A stretch of DNA of 64,000 bases from Eledone cirrhosa (Eukaryota), in assembly GCA_964016885.1 (NCBI GenBank), contig OZ024740.1, forward strand, positions 35,774,001 through 35,838,000. Direction: 5' to 3'. Position numbers and translations under genes: made by a program. Shown here one piece after another: positions 29,053-43,500 of the stretch. Position 1 is the first letter of the stretch; each line of letters begins with the position of its first letter. The notes under the pieces are model-generated. The model ran no database searches and was not told the DNA's origin. It worked only from the letters and a program-made list of their open reading frames with translations.

Positions 29053-30218
29053 GTGAATTCCCGAGCTGTGTCTATTATTAGGTACAGTGCGGGAATTCTG
29101 AGATGGAATGTTGCTGAACAAAAAGAAATGGATAGGAAGATTAGGAAGCTATTGACTATCTACAACATGTTCCACAAGAGGAGTGATGTCGATAGACTCT
29201 ACTTAAAGAGATCTGAAGGTGGAAGAGGTCTTATCTGCATAGAGGACTGTGTTCAGATGGAGAAAAACAACCTGCACAAATACGTGACCGACAGTAGGGA
29301 GCCAATGCTCAGAATTGTACTGAAGGAGAGGACAATAGACCAGGGGATGTCCAAGGAGGAAATAACAACAAGGAGGAAGACCAACCTTCATGAAAAATCC
29401 CTTCATAGTACCTTCTTTGATAAAACTGAATTTAGAGATCCACAGACATGGAACTGGTTAAAAAGAGGAGACCTTAAAAAGGCTACAGAAGGAATGCTAA
29501 TGGCTGCGCAAGAGCAAGCACTCAAAACGAAGTGGGTGAAACACCATATTTACAAGAAGGAGGCTAGCCCACTGTGCAGGATCTGTGGAGACAGAGAGGA
29601 GATTGTGGCTCACATTGTATCGGTGTGTAAACACCTAGCCCAGACTCACTATAAAGGCTGGAGACATGATGTGATGGGCAGGGTGATCCACTGGCACCTA
29701 TGCAAAGTAAACAATTTACTACATTCTGAGAAGTGGTATGAGCATAAGCCAGAGTCGGTGATAGAAAACGATCAGGTGAAGGTGCTATGGGATTTTAGGA
29801 TACAGACGGATAAAAAACTGGAACACAATAGGCCTGACCTGGTGGTTTTGGACAAGGAAAAAAGATCGTGCCTGATTGTAGATGTAGCCTGCCCATTTGA
29901 CACGAGAGTGCAAGAAAAGGAGAGGGATAAAATTAACCGATACCAAGACTTAAAGTGGGAGGTAAAAAGGATTTGGAACTGCCATGAAGTCAGAGTCGTC
30001 CCGGTTGCCATAGGCGCACTAGGTACTATCTCAAAGAGTTTCCAAGGATGGTTAAAGAAAGTTAGTCCAGCCCCGCTTTTTGGAACTCTTCAAAAGGCAT
30101 GCTTGCTGGGAACAGCAAGAGCCCTCCGATACGTCCTGAATATCTGAGGCTGCAGGTAGCGGCTTGATATTCATTTCAACAAACTTTCCAGTTAAATAAC
30201 ATCAATGACTGAGACTCA
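29053..30218 (+). mobile_element. 5'-truncated R4/Dong LINE with open 364-aa C-terminal frame, (TAA)n tail
   Basis: ORF 29053-30147: CRICG..HIVSVC, RHD, WDFRIQTD, HNRPD, IVDVACP. Confidence 0.92.
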
Positions 30219-30317
30219 AAAATAATAATAATAATAATAATAATAATATTAATAAAAATAATAACTCGTATGAACATAAAGCAAGATAAATGCAACTATA
30301 ATAATAATAATAATAAT

Positions 30318-31624
30318 GCTTTCATTATTAACCACAAGGGTCTACATAAAGTAGACATTAAGGACAGTGCAGGACAATACTGGGCGGTACAAATGGGCAT
30401 TTCTGCGTGTAAAAAACAAGAAACAGAGGATGTAATAATAGAACAATGAAAAACAACCACAATATGGGGGGAGTCTTCCGAGGGACATTCGTGGAGAAAG
30501 CCCATTAAAAAGCCACAGTGACCCTAACCACCAGGGCAAGTTCCCTCTCCCAGTTTTCCACCTTTAATTTACAGACACATACTCAGAGTAGGCCCATTCA
30601 CTCGGGCCATACTTGCTTCTCTCACCCATCTTTCAACAAAATGCTGGGAAGAGAGCACTTCCCTCTCTACCCTGATTTTCCTTTTCAAATGAAATTTGAA
30701 AAAGTTAATCAGGGCATCACCGAAGAGGTAAGTGCTCGTCTTCAGCCCTTTCAAACGTGTCCACCATACTATCTCTTTCGCCATGGCCACCAGACAGATA
30801 AAAACTGCCTGCCCTTCCCGGCTAAAAGAAGAGGGCGGGGCAATCCTCACAATGGACTCAGCTGATAGCTGGATCCGTCCTACACGTGACAGCAGGTGTT
30901 CGACATAAACCCACAAGTCAGCAATGCTCGGACACTGGACGAGTGCGTGCAGGTCGGTTTCGTCGCCCTGCGCGCATCTCGGACATGCCCGGCTGACGGC
31001 ACCTCCATGCCTGTAGAGTTTATCCCGAACTGGCTAAGCTCCTCGGTAGCACTGCCAGGCCAGGGATTTCTGGAGGTTGTCCATAGGCCCCGGCCCGAAA
31101 GTCCTTCCGAAGAGATTGGCTAGTTGATTTTCGTCGACGCCTAGAATTTCTCTAAGTACGTCGTCGCTCTTCCCCTCTACTAATCCTCTATAGAACGCCA
31201 AGGTGGAGTTTCCACCGATCACATTGCCCGATTGGTCGAGGGCTGTGAGCGCCTGAAGACATTCCAGTCTCCAAGCGCTCCCTCTCGGTCTTCGCTTGAC
31301 CCAGGACTGCAGCTCCGTCAAGTAGACGAGCTGGGGAAAGGCGTGTCTAATAAACGACGACCACACCTGATCACCGTCGAGGAAGAGGTGGAGATGTCGT
31401 AGCCTGAGCGCGTGTCTGCGCATCATCAGCCACGGCATGCCCAGCCCTCCACGTAGCGGGTGTTGACAACAGATGGACCGCCTGACCATCGGAGCGCATC
31501 CCTTCCACAAAAAGCGAAAGAGCAAACGCTCCAGTGCAGTCAGGCGAGGCTTTGGGCAAGGCACGACGGTGAAGCGGTAGTATATGACCGACGCGATGTA
31601 CGCATTTGCCACCTCCGCTCGACC
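30318..31624 (-). mobile_element. 5'-truncated Tx1 family A LINE
   Basis: Near-identical inverted copy of ~36600-37905. Confidence 0.92.
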
Positions 31625-31639
31625 TAATAATAATAATAA

Positions 31640-31813
31640 TTGTTTCTACTTTTGACACAAAGCCAGAAATTACACAGTACATTACTGGTACTTTATTTTA
31701 TCGACCCCGTAAGGATAAAAAGTCTACTTTGCCTTCCATCCTTACGGGGTCGATAAAATAAAGTACCAGTAATCTACTGAGTAATTGCTGGCCTTGTGAC
31801 AAAAGTAGAAACA
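31640..31813. mobile_element. two head-to-head SINE 3' halves forming a palindrome
   Basis: CTGGTACTTTATTTTATCGACCCCGTAAGGAT...ATCCTTACGGGGTCGATAAAATAAAGTACCAG, with (AAT)n and (ATT)n on the outer sides. Confidence 0.85.
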
Positions 31814-31861
<48 letters not shown>

Positions 31862-32468
31862 GAATGCCATGGTTGACGGAGGCTCGGCTTTGTAAGGTAT
31901 AGTAAATTTTAACCAATATAACAATTGTAAATTGTTTAAAACTTTAATGAAATTGTAGACAAAAACAGCCTCCTCCTCGTGAGAGGGGTCTTTCTGTCCG
32001 ATATTTGGCCCTTCGAGGTTAAATAACCGCCTTATTGGTGTTTTGTGCCCAATATTTATTTTAAACCAAAAATACACATGGCTACAAAAAAGAATTTTCA
32101 CAAGTCACTCCCACTCATTCCGTGTTCTTCCTCAATCGTCACTACACCAGAGAGAAGATTGTCTCTCTCCCTCCCTTCTCTAAATATGTCTCTCTCCCTC
32201 CCTCTCTTTCGCAAGCGACGCCAGTAAAGAAAACGAAAAATATAGTTTCTGATAGTTTCCAAGAGCACGTGAAAACCTGGAACATTTCTCCACGACGACG
32301 ACAACGACGAAAAATGTGTGCGGTAAATACGGAAACCCATTTCATTCGTCTGACGTCATGAATATTAGCAGTAGCAGCCGTAATAACAGCAGCAGCAGAA
32401 ACAGTGACAAGGAAAACAACAGTAGCAGCCGCAACAGCATCAGCAGCAGCATAAACAACAACAGCATT

Positions 32469-32499
<31 letters not shown>

Positions 32500-35400
32500 A
32501 CAACAACCACAGCAACAGCGGCGGCGGCAGTCGTAGTACCAGCAGCAACAACAAAAGTAATAGCAGCTCTGACGACAACAACAACAACAAAGAATAACCA
32601 ATCTCGTTTGCAGGTATCGCAAAGAACCTGGAAACCATCCTTATAACAAATGAGGAATTACAGGAAGCAAAGAAGATGGTGACGAAAACCGGTCACCGAG
32701 CAATCTGAAAGGCAGCCGAAACATTTTTCGAAACCCAACAGCACTGTTCGGTCACGTACCGTACAGTAAGCACAAAATCGCGTAGGGTTGAAAGAGCCAC
32801 AGAAGCTCAAATACAAAATGCCTTAGGGTCTGTGTGGCAGCGGAAAACGCATATCACCCGAGGCAAGAAATATGCCACCGTGGACGTGCTTTTTTCCACA
32901 CCCCAGGAGGCAAAGGCTCAATCCTTAGTGACCCTAAGGAGCGAGGAAATGGTGTTGGTGCCCTCCTACTGCGGACAAAAAATTGTGAGGGTCAAACTGA
33001 CCCCCCCCCCCCCCCGGGATGGCCCCTTCTTGGCTGGCCGCGTCTGTCCTCGTCGGAATCGAGGACAAAACAACTGTACTGCAAGTACAGAAAAAAGTAC
33101 GAGAAGATTGGGTCGGCACCTCCATTGAGATGTTAATCCAAACCAGGAGTGCATCGAAGCTATCCCGGATGTGATAGACTTCGATAATGGCACTCAACTG
33201 CCCATAAGTGTTGAGGGCAAACGCTCGAAATGCTTTCGTTGTGGATCGAAGATTCAACTCAGGGCCTTCTGCAATGAGAAGACCCTGAGAAAGGAGAAAA
33301 CCCCCCTTCTTCCGAAACCGGCTCCACTGCTACCAGCAACAGGACAGGCGGCAACCAGGAAGGATAGGTCCGTGGCACCCATACCCACGCCACGGAAATC
33401 AAGAACAGCAGCATCAGTGGAAGTATTAACAACTACAACAGCAATACCAACTGCAGCTGCAACAGAGACTCCACTGCAAACATCACCAACAACAACAAGT
33501 GAAAGAGTAGAGCTTGTACCCCTCCCCGAATCGGACATGGAGTGTGAGGTGGGAGAGGGATGGCAAAAGGTCGCAAGAAGGCACAAACGCAGAAGCAGCG
33601 CATCTTCGCCTTCGAAAAGGGAGGAAAGAAACGAAAAAAGGGTAAAGGCTACTGCAAAGAGACTTACAGCAGCAACACCACCAACACCATCACCACCCAC
33701 ACTAGCACCACCATCACCACCGGCGGCAACCCCACCGCCAACAACAACAACACCTTCAACACCACCATCACAAGCACCAACATCGCAAACACAACAAAAC
33801 ACACACACCCAGCAACAACGTCAAGAAAATAGCAGAACCACACCCCACCCCCAGAAAAACAAATACACAGCAATAAATACACACAAGAAACTAATTACTT
33901 ACATAATTGAACACACAGACATTTCACAGCACGACTACATAATACCAGCACCAATCAAAACACCAACGAACATAAGACTGGTAAGAATAGCACAGAAACA
34001 ATACACAAACATTAAAACGAAATTCCCCAGCGCAGTTGGTGATTTCAGAGACCTAGGAGGGACACTCAACCGGAGAGTATATTCGGATATACTCACAAGA
34101 GGCGACGACCAGCCGAAGGGACGATTCAACGGTCCCTTCACCAGACGATCAAGTGAAAAGGGATGGAGAAATCATCCTTCCTCTGCGAGAAGTAAGGTAA
34201 GTGGTCTTTCCCATCTTTTTCACTCCATTTCAACATGACCTCACTCAGAGTAGGCAGCATAAATGCGCGTGGCTTGGGGTCGTCATGGAAGCAGGGCCAC
34301 CTGCTCAACGACCTCAGATCACTAAACATAGATGTAGTGGCCATCAGCGAGACCAAAATCTCCGAAGCACGGGCCTTCGCACCGATCTTCGGCGGCTACG
34401 ATGTGTACGCGTCTCCCAGCCGTCCTGGATCGGGGGGAGGATTTGCGGTGCTTTTTCGGAGAGGTTTGGATCTCGCCATACGGGCCATCTTCCTGGACCC
34501 AGAAGGTAAGTTGGAGGTGCTGGACCTGACCAGCGGAGAAGGGTAAGCTTTCAGGCTAGTGGCCGTCTATGCCCCGACAGGAGCAGGGCGGCCTGATTTC
34601 TTCCGGCGTCTGGAGACCTTTCTAGGAACGTCCCGTTCCTTAGTGTTAGTGGGCGACTGGAACGAGATCTTAGATGCACGCTGGGACTGTGTGGGATTAG
34701 CGGATAGGGGAGGAGGGTGCAAGAGTCTCACCAACCTGCTCAGGCGTTTTGAAATGTCTGACAGGTAACGATTGGATTTCCCGAATGTGCCAATGTGGAC
34801 TTGGACAAATCGCATAGGGTTATGCAGATCATATCTAGATAGAGTAATTTGTAGGGAAATAGATAGGTCTAGCATAAGCCGTCCACAATTCAAGATAGTC
34901 AGCTACACGGACCACAAATTTGTGATCTCTGTGCTTGACTTAGATAGGCTTCATAGACGAGGACCCGGCTACTGGAAGCTAAACGCGTCCTTACCAACGC
35001 GCAAGGCCTACAGAGACCGGATCAGCGAACTAGTTAAGCGGGCGTTGACGGGGGCCATCGTCAACAACAAGTGGTGGTTTGCTCTGAAAAGAGCAATTAG
35101 AATAGAGTCCATTAGGTTTAGTAAGGCTTTAGCAATAGAGAACAATAGAGCAGAGGGAGAATTAGTTAGAAAATTTGACAAGGCGCTTAGCAAAGGCATC
35201 GCGACCGACGTACTTGCGGCGAAGTTGGCCCTTGACCAATTCTTCAATGCAAAGCACGAAGGCTGCGTTGTCAGAGCTAGGGTAAGTGCTCTCAGACACG
35301 AGGGGACGAAAGCCGTTCAATGGGCCCGAGTGGCGGAGGCGCGTCGTGGCAACAAAGCCACGATCCGGTCTTTGGTGGACCACGACGTGCGCATGCTACT

Positions 35401-37910
35401 CGATCCCGGGCAAATGTGTGAAGCTTTTCAGCGACACTTCGCCCAACTGTTCGGGGGCAGCGGCGGGCCGAATCGAGGGATGAACTTTAGTGTCTACCTC
35501 GACGGACTGCCGCGGCTCTCGGCCACTGAGGCGGAGTGTTGCGAAAAGCCGATAACAGCCGCTGAAGTACGGGAGGCAATGACTGGCTGCACAAGGGGTA
35601 AATCGCCTGGTTTGGATGGTCTGCCTTATGAATTTACGTACAGATGCCAGATTTGTTCGGAGGCCTCTTGGCGGACGTCTGCTGCAATTGGCAACAGAAC
35701 GGGAGAATTCCCAGCTCTGTGAGCCGAGGAGCTGTGGAGCTGCTGAGAAAGAATCCGAACAAGGGGGATAACATAGATAATTTCAGGCCCATAACTCTGC
35801 TAAACACAGAGTTCAAGATTTTGGCCAAGGTGCTAGCAAAGAGGTTGGCGCTTCTCGTTGGTGGTCTGGTGGGAGAGGCGCAGACATGCGCCATTCCCGA
35901 CAGATCCATCCACGACAACCTCCACCTCATGCGATACATCGTAGAGAGGGTAGCTAGGGAACCTGGAACGGGTGGGTCCTTGATCAATTTAGATCAGTCG
36001 AAAGCTTTTGATAAGGTCGACCATCGTTATCTAGCGGCAGTCCTGAGGGCGGCTGGCTTTGGGCCCGTCTTCAGAGGCTGGATCGCTGCCATGCACAGGG
36101 ACATCTGCTCTGTGGTGAGAGTGAATGGTCACCTTTCGGAACCGTTCAACATTATGCGCTCGGTCCGCCAAGGATGTCCCCTCTCGTTCCTATTGTACGT
36201 ATTGAATCTCGAGCCATTACTGCACAAACTGGATACGTTGAGGGGGGGGGGGGTCCCGCGCGAACTAGGATTCGGAAGATCCGTGTCAGCATATGCGGAC
36301 GATGTCACCGTAGTGGTGTCGAACGCCAAACACATCGAGGCGATCGGCACTACACTAAGAGAATACGAAGCGGTGACAGGAGCAATGATCAACCAGGAAA
36401 AGTCAGTGGGCCTGCAGCTCGGCACCTGGAGAGGCAGGTCCATGCCGTCCAACAGCGTCGTCGGGCGCTGAACGAACGGACCAGTTAAATTGCTAGGGGT
36501 CTGGTTCGGTCCGGACCTCCAGACGGACAAAAACTGGGACGAGGTGACGAGCAGGGTGGCTTCTCTCACCCAGAAATGGGAAGAGGAAGCTATCCCTGAA
36601 AGGTCGAGCGGAGGTGGCTAACGCATACATTCCGTCCGTCATCTACTACCGCCTGACCGTCGTACCTTGTCCTAAGCCCCGCCTGACTGCGCTGGAGCGT
36701 TTGCTCTTTCGCTTTTTGTGGAAGGGACGCGCTCCAATGTTCAGGCGGTCCATCTGCTGTCAACACCCGCTACGTGGATGGCTGGCCGTGGCTGATGATG
36801 CGCAGACACGCGCTCAGGCTACGACATCTCCACCTCTTCCTCGACGGTGATCAGGTGTGGTCGCCGTTTGCTAGACACGTCTTTCCCCAGCTCGTCTCCT
36901 TGACGGAGCTGCAGTCCTGGGTCAAGCGAAGACCGAGAGGGAGCGCTTGGAGAATGGAATGTCTTCAGGCGCTCACAGCCCTCGACCAATCGGGCAATGT
37001 GATCGGTGGAAACTCCACCTTGGCGTTCTATAGAGGATTAGTAGAGGGGAAGAGCGACGACGTACTTAGAGAAATTCTAGGCGTCGACGAAAATCAACTA
37101 GCCAATCTCTTCGGAAGGACTTTCGGGCCGGGGCCTATGGACAACTTCCAAAAATCCCTGGCCTGGCAGTGCTACCGAGGAGCTTTGCCAGTTCGGGATA
37201 AACTCTACAGGCATGGAGGTGCCGTCTGCCGGGCATGTCTGAGATGCGCGCAGGGCGACGAAACCGACCTGCACGCACTCGTCCAGTGTCCGAGCATTGC
37301 TGACTTGTGGGTTTATGTCGAACACCTGCTGTCACGTGTAGGACGGATCCAGCTATCAGCTGAGTCCATCGTGAGGATTGCCCCGCCCTCTTCCTTTAGC
37401 TGGGAAAGGCAGGCAGTTTTTATCTGTCTGGTGGCCATGGCAAAAGAGATAGTATGGTGGACACGTTTGAAAGGGCTGAAGACGAGCACTTACCTCTTCG
37501 GTGATGCCCTGATTAACTTTTTCACATTTCATTTGAAAAGGAATATCAGGGTAGAGAGGGAAGTGCTCTGTGCGCAGCATTTTGTTGAAAGATGGGTGAG
37601 AGAAGCAAGTATGGCCCGAGTGAATGGGCCTACTCTGAGTATGTGTCTGTAAATTAAAGGTGGAAAACTGGGAGAGGGCACTTACCCTGGTGGTCAGGGT
37701 CACTGTGGCTTTTTAATGGGCCTTCTCCACAAATGTCCTTCGGAAGTCTCCCTACTATTGGGGAATTTTTCATTGTTATTTTTTTATTACATCCTCTGTT
37801 TTTTTACACGCAGAAATGTCCATTTGTACCGTCCTGTATTGTCCTGTACTGTCCTTAATGTCTACTTTATGTAAACCCTTGTGGTTAATAAAGAAAGCAT
37901 TATTTTTATT
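31862..37910 (+). mobile_element. full-length but disrupted Tx1/L1-clade LINE family A (~6 kb)
   Basis: ORF1 remnants with a zinc knuckle (CFRCGSKIQLRAFC). ORF2 34235-37652: APE (SINARGL, GDWN, YLDR, TDH, WKLN), RT (QGCPLS, YADD), C-terminal CxxC..H..C. Flanked by (ATT)n. Confidence 0.92.
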
Positions 37911-37917
37911 ATTATTC

Positions 37918-40527
37918 CTTGAATCTCAGTCATTGATGTTGGTTAACTGGAAAGTCCGTTGGAATGAATATCAAGCCACTACCTGCAGCCTCAGATATTC
38001 AGGACGTATCGGAGGGTTCTTGCTGTTCCCAGCAAGCATGCCTTTTGAAGCGTTCCAAAAAGCGTGAAAGGGCCGATTTTCTTTAACCATCCCTGGAAAC
38101 TTTTGGAGATAGTCCCCAGTGCGCCTATGACAATCGGGATCACTTTGACTTCATGGCAGTTCCAAATCCTTTTTACCTCCCACTTTAAGTCCTGGTATCT
38201 GTTAATTTTCTCCCTCTCCTTCTCTTGCACACTCGTGTCGAATGGGCAGGCCACATCCACAATCAGACACGATCTTTTTTCTTTGTCCACAACCACCAGG
38301 TCAGGTCTATTGTGTTCCAGTTTCTTGTCCGTCTGTATCCTAAAATCCTACAGCACGTTCACCTGATCGTTCTCCATCACCGCCTCTGGCCTATGCTCAT
38401 ACCATTTCTCAGAATGTGGTAAATTGTTTACTTTGCACAGGTGCCAGTGGATCACCCTGCCCATCACATCATGTCTCCAGCCCTTATAGTGGGTCTGGGC
38501 TAGGTGTTTACACTCGGATACAATGTGAGCCACAGTCTCCTCTCTCTCTCCACAGATCCTGCACAGTGGGCTAGCCTCCTCCTTGTAAATATGGTGTTTC
38601 AACCACTTCGTTTTGAGGGCCTGCTCCTGCGCAGCCATTAACATTCCTTCTGTAGCCTTTTTGAGGTCTCTTCTTCTCAACCAGTTCCATGTCTGTGGAT
38701 CTCTAAATTCAGTTTTCTCAAAGAAGGTACTATGAAGGGATTTTCCCTGAAGGCTGCTCTTTCTCCTTGGTGTTATTTCCTCCTTGGACATCCCCTGGCC
38801 TATTGTCCCCTCCTTCAGTACAGTTCTGAGCATTGGCTCCTTACTATCAGTCACGTATTTGTATAGGTTGTTTTTCTCCATCTGAAAACAGTCCTCTATG
38901 CTGATAAGACCTCTTCCACCCTCAGATCTCCTTAGGTAGAGTCTATCGACATCACTCCTCTTGTGGAACATGTAGATATTCAATAGCTTCCTAGTCTTCC
39001 TATCCATTTCTTTTTGTTCAGCAACATTCCATCTCAGAATTCCCGCACTGTACCTAATAATAGACACAGCTCGGGAATTTACTGCGCTTATGGCATTTCT
39101 GCTGTTCAGATGTGACTTCAATACGCTCCTTACTCTCCGAATGTATTCAGTTCTTAACAATTCGTTCATTTTTTTTGTTCTTTATGCCATCAGCCTCCAG
39201 AACGCCCAAATACTTGTATCCTTCCTCAGAGTCAATTTCCTTTATCATCTCACCTGTTGGTATCTGGATTCCGTTACTTCTGCTCAACCTACCCCTCCTC
39301 ATCACAATGACTCCACACTTACTAATACCAAACTGCATACATATATCACTGCTGAAAATACGGACAATGTCAACAAGCACATCCAACTCCTTCTCACTCT
39401 TCCCGAAGAGCTTAAGATCGTCCATGAAGAGGAGGTGATTGATGGTAAGCTCTCCCTTTCCCAACTTGTATCCTGCTCTCACTTTTCGCAGCATAATGGT
39501 CAAGGGCATCAGGGCAAGGACAAACAACAGAAGGGACAGGCTATCTCCCTGGAAGATACCTCTCTTGATCTTCACGCTTCCCAAGGATTCTCCAGTTGAT
39601 ATCAACTCTGTCTCCCAGGACCCCATACTCCTGCCCAGCAACTGTCTGATGTTATCTGCCACCTTGAAGATCTCCAGGCTTTTGGTGATCCAAGAATGAG
39701 GTACCATGTCAAATGCCTTTCTGTAGTCTATCCATCCCATGGCAAGATCAGTGTGTCTTCTCCTGCAATTTCCCATTACCATCTTATCAATAAGTAACTG
39801 GTCCTTTGTACCACGTGACTTCTTTCGGCATCCTTTCTGTTCGTCCGGTAACAAGTTGTTTGTGTGGAGGTGATGGTAGATTTCCTCAGACACAATGCTC
39901 GTCAACAGTTTCCACATTACGGACAGACATGTGATAGGTCTATAGTTGGTAACATCATTACCCTTGATTCGGTCTTTCATTATCAGAACTGTGGTACCTT
40001 TTGTCAACCACTCTGGCACCTCACCTGACATCAAGCAGTCATTGAACATGGCTGTCAGTTTCGGGTGGAGGGATGTTAAATTTTTAATCCGATACCCCTG
40101 CACACCATCTGGGCCTGGTGATTTCCAGTTGGTTAGTTTTTTGGCCTGCCCCTTAAGAGTTTCAACTGTGATACTCAAATCAGTTTGTTGGCGTGCCTGC
40201 TCACCGATCTCCCTCTGTACTGTCTCAATCCACCCTGCCTGGTCATTATGTCTAACATCCTGCTCCCATATTCCTCTCCAGAATGTTTTAGTTTGTTCCG
40301 CCTCAGGGATCAAGTCGTTGCCTCTTTCTTTCCCCTCAAGCTGTCCAAACAGCATCTTCTGGTTGTTGTCAAAAATGCGGTTCTGTTTATACTGACTGAC
40401 TCTGTTCTCGTATCGCCTGATTTTTGCACTCTTTGCTACAATGCGTTGCTTCAGTTCCTCTATGATAATATTTAGCTTTTTCCTCCTAGTTTTGTACTTT
40501 ATTTCCAGTCTATTTTTAGTGCCTATG

Positions 40528-40530
<3 letters not shown>
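37918..40530 (-). mobile_element. 5'-truncated R4/Dong LINE
   Basis: ORFs 39147-40355, 38348-39169 and 37991-38296 give RT + REL; (ATT)n at 40531-40587. Confidence 0.92.
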
Positions 40531-40587
<57 letters not shown>

Positions 40588-43500
40588 GGTCTAAACGGAC
40601 GTATTTTGCTCGCTCCCAGTAAGTCGCTTTATTTGCCTGTTAAAATTATTTGTTGTTAAATATTTCTTGTTGGGTAAGGGATATAAGCCCTTAGACTTTG
40701 CCCTGTGAAGGGGAAAGTATAATATTTGGGCAATTTGGCCCAAATATTTGAATTTGTTTTACATGTTAAAACATTTACGTAGAAAAAAAAACATGGCTGA
40801 GCCACGCCTCCCAGCGATATGTCTGCTGTCGTGCGACAACGACGTGGAAGTTGAGAGGAGCGCTACAGCGAAATTAACACAAATTGATAACACAAACACC
40901 ACCACAAATAATGTAAACAAAGACACCAATGATACCAATGCGAACTCTAATTTTGAAAAAAATGACAGTAACAGCGACAACGAAAATACAGATAACAAAA
41001 AAAAAAAAATAACAAATGCACCAACAATATCAACACCACTAACATGAAAACGAATAGCGACAACACCAACAGTAACAATACCAACTGCACCGAGAACAAC
41101 GGTGGCAACAAAGACAACAATGATAACAGCGACAGTGCTAACAACAACACTAAGAACAATGACAACGACCACAACACCCCCAACGAAAACAAGAAGAACA
41201 CTTTCGCTGCGGCAGCAGCAAAAAAGAAGTCATGCTTCAACATGGACCTCTCAAACAAAGATGAAAAGTTGGCCCAGGCATGGAAGCTCATCAAGCAAGA
41301 GCAAACCTGGGCCAACTTAACTGTCCCGGTAGAAGCTATTGAGGTAGTGGAGCGCAGAACGGTGCATTATAGATGCATCTCAGCACAAACCAAAAGGGCA
41401 GCTTTAATCTCAAAAGAAGATGTTGAAGTCGCGGTGAGGTGCATCAGAGAAGACACCGAATACATAGAGAGGGGCAGACAGTACGGCACGATTTCGGTGT
41501 TGTTCAAGTCAGAAGCCCTCGCTATGAAACACGATATGACACCTTGCAAAACCAGCAAGGTCATAATTGTTTCTACTTTAGGCACAAGGCCAGCAATTAC
41601 CCAGTGCATTACTGGTACTTTATTTTATCGACCCCGTAAAGATGAAAGGCAAAGTCAACCTCGGCGGGATTTGAACTCAGATCGTAAAGGGACGTAACTA
41701 TGCTGGAAAGCATGGCGTCCGACCCTCCACCGATACTGCCAATCCACCGCCCTTGAAAGGTCATAATGTACCCCTCCCACATTGGAAAAAGAACGGCCCG
41801 TCTCCGCATTGCCAGAATCCCACCAGGACTTGACATGTGGTGGCTTCTGGGATGTGTGATTGTGGAGGGGACGGATACCGTCCTTATAGAAGTGACCAGA
41901 ACGGCCAGAGAGGACTGGTCCGGGGTTGACCTGGAGATCCTTCTCCAGATCAGGCCCGAGAATGTGAAGACAATCCCGGACCACACCCGCCTTCAGAATG
42001 GGACGGTCATTCACATTATGACCGAAAGCAAAAGGCCGCAGTGTTTTGTTTGTGGGGAAAAAACCCATTTGCGAGCCTTCTGCCCTCAACTGCTGAAAGA
42101 GGCAAGGGGTCGAAAGGCTCCACTGCTGCCGACGCCGGGGCGAGGACCACAACCAACACCAGCACCAGCAAAACCACCACCAACAACACCAATAGAAAGA
42201 CCACCACCAACATTGACCACCCAGGAGGGAAACGAGGAAAGCTGTCACCCCCCCCCCCCTAAAAAAAAATACACACACCAATAAAACCATAAACATACAT
42301 ACAGACACACTTACAGACACAGACCCTTCATCTACCAGTAGTGAAAATGAGGGAAAACCAAAATCCCCCAAAATACAAAAAAGGAAACACAAAAAGAAAA
42401 AAAAAGCTCAACAAACCACAAAAGCACCCACAATAAAAAACGCAGATACCACCCACGGAAAGATCTCTTCAATAACACCAACATCAACACCACCATCCCC
42501 ATCACCAGAATCCCCCAAACGCAAACAACCGAAACAGACGCAAGAACAAATATACACACAAACATCTGAAACCACTGACACCGCACTCACAATAAAACAC
42601 AGATACAACCGAAACAACACCACCAAAACCATCACCACCACAGCCACGCAAACAAATAAAATCACACCAACAAAACATACAAAACTTCGTGCTCGTCAGG
42701 AGGGCCAATAAGGAACTGATGGCCCTCGTAGCACGAAGTGAAAATATACAAAAAGAGGGGGAATTTTTAAATCGAGCACATTTCGCGTGCCGGAAGATTT
42801 GGTTGTGGTGCGGATGTCGCTCGACATATTCAAAGAAATACGAGACAGCTTTCTTCGGGACGTGGGAACCCCGAACGTAAAACCCACTTCAAGACATTTA
42901 AAGGGGTTTCCAAAAGAAACCCCACCAACTATGGAGGACGAACAACCCGACCTTCACAAGAGCCCGGAAGGTAAGTAAACCTTCCTCTCTCTCTCTGTTT
43001 AACCTGCCAACATGGCCGTATTAAGAGTAGGATGTTTAAATGTTCGAGGCCTGGGATCGTCCTGGAATCAGGGTCACCTGCTCAACGACCTCAGGTCTAT
43101 AGAAATGGATGTAATTGCAGTCAGCGAGACTAGGATTTCCGACACGCGCGCACTAGCCCCCATTTTCGACGACTATCAGATCTTTCCCGGCTGGGAATGG
43201 AAGGCGGGTGGCAGTGCTGTTTAGGAAAGGCTTGGATTTCGAGGTAAGGTCGATCTTCCGGGACACGGACGGGAAGTTGGTAGTCCTGGACATGAAAAAT
43301 AACGAAGGTGGTGCCTTTAGACTGGTGGCTGTCTATGCTCCTACTGGGGCAGGACAGCCGGACTTCTTTAGACACCTGGAAGCCTTTCTGGGTACGTCTC
43401 GCCCTTTACTGTTAGCGGGGGACTGGAACGGCATCTTAGACGCACGCTGGGGCTGTGTGGGAGTATCCGATAGGAGCATGGGGTGCAAAAGCCTCAAGAA

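Noticed and set aside
29053-31624. Single inverted segmental duplication of 36600-39080
   Set aside because: Diagnostic bases of the Dong part match the 25481 copy rather than the 37918 copy, and the junction spacers differ.
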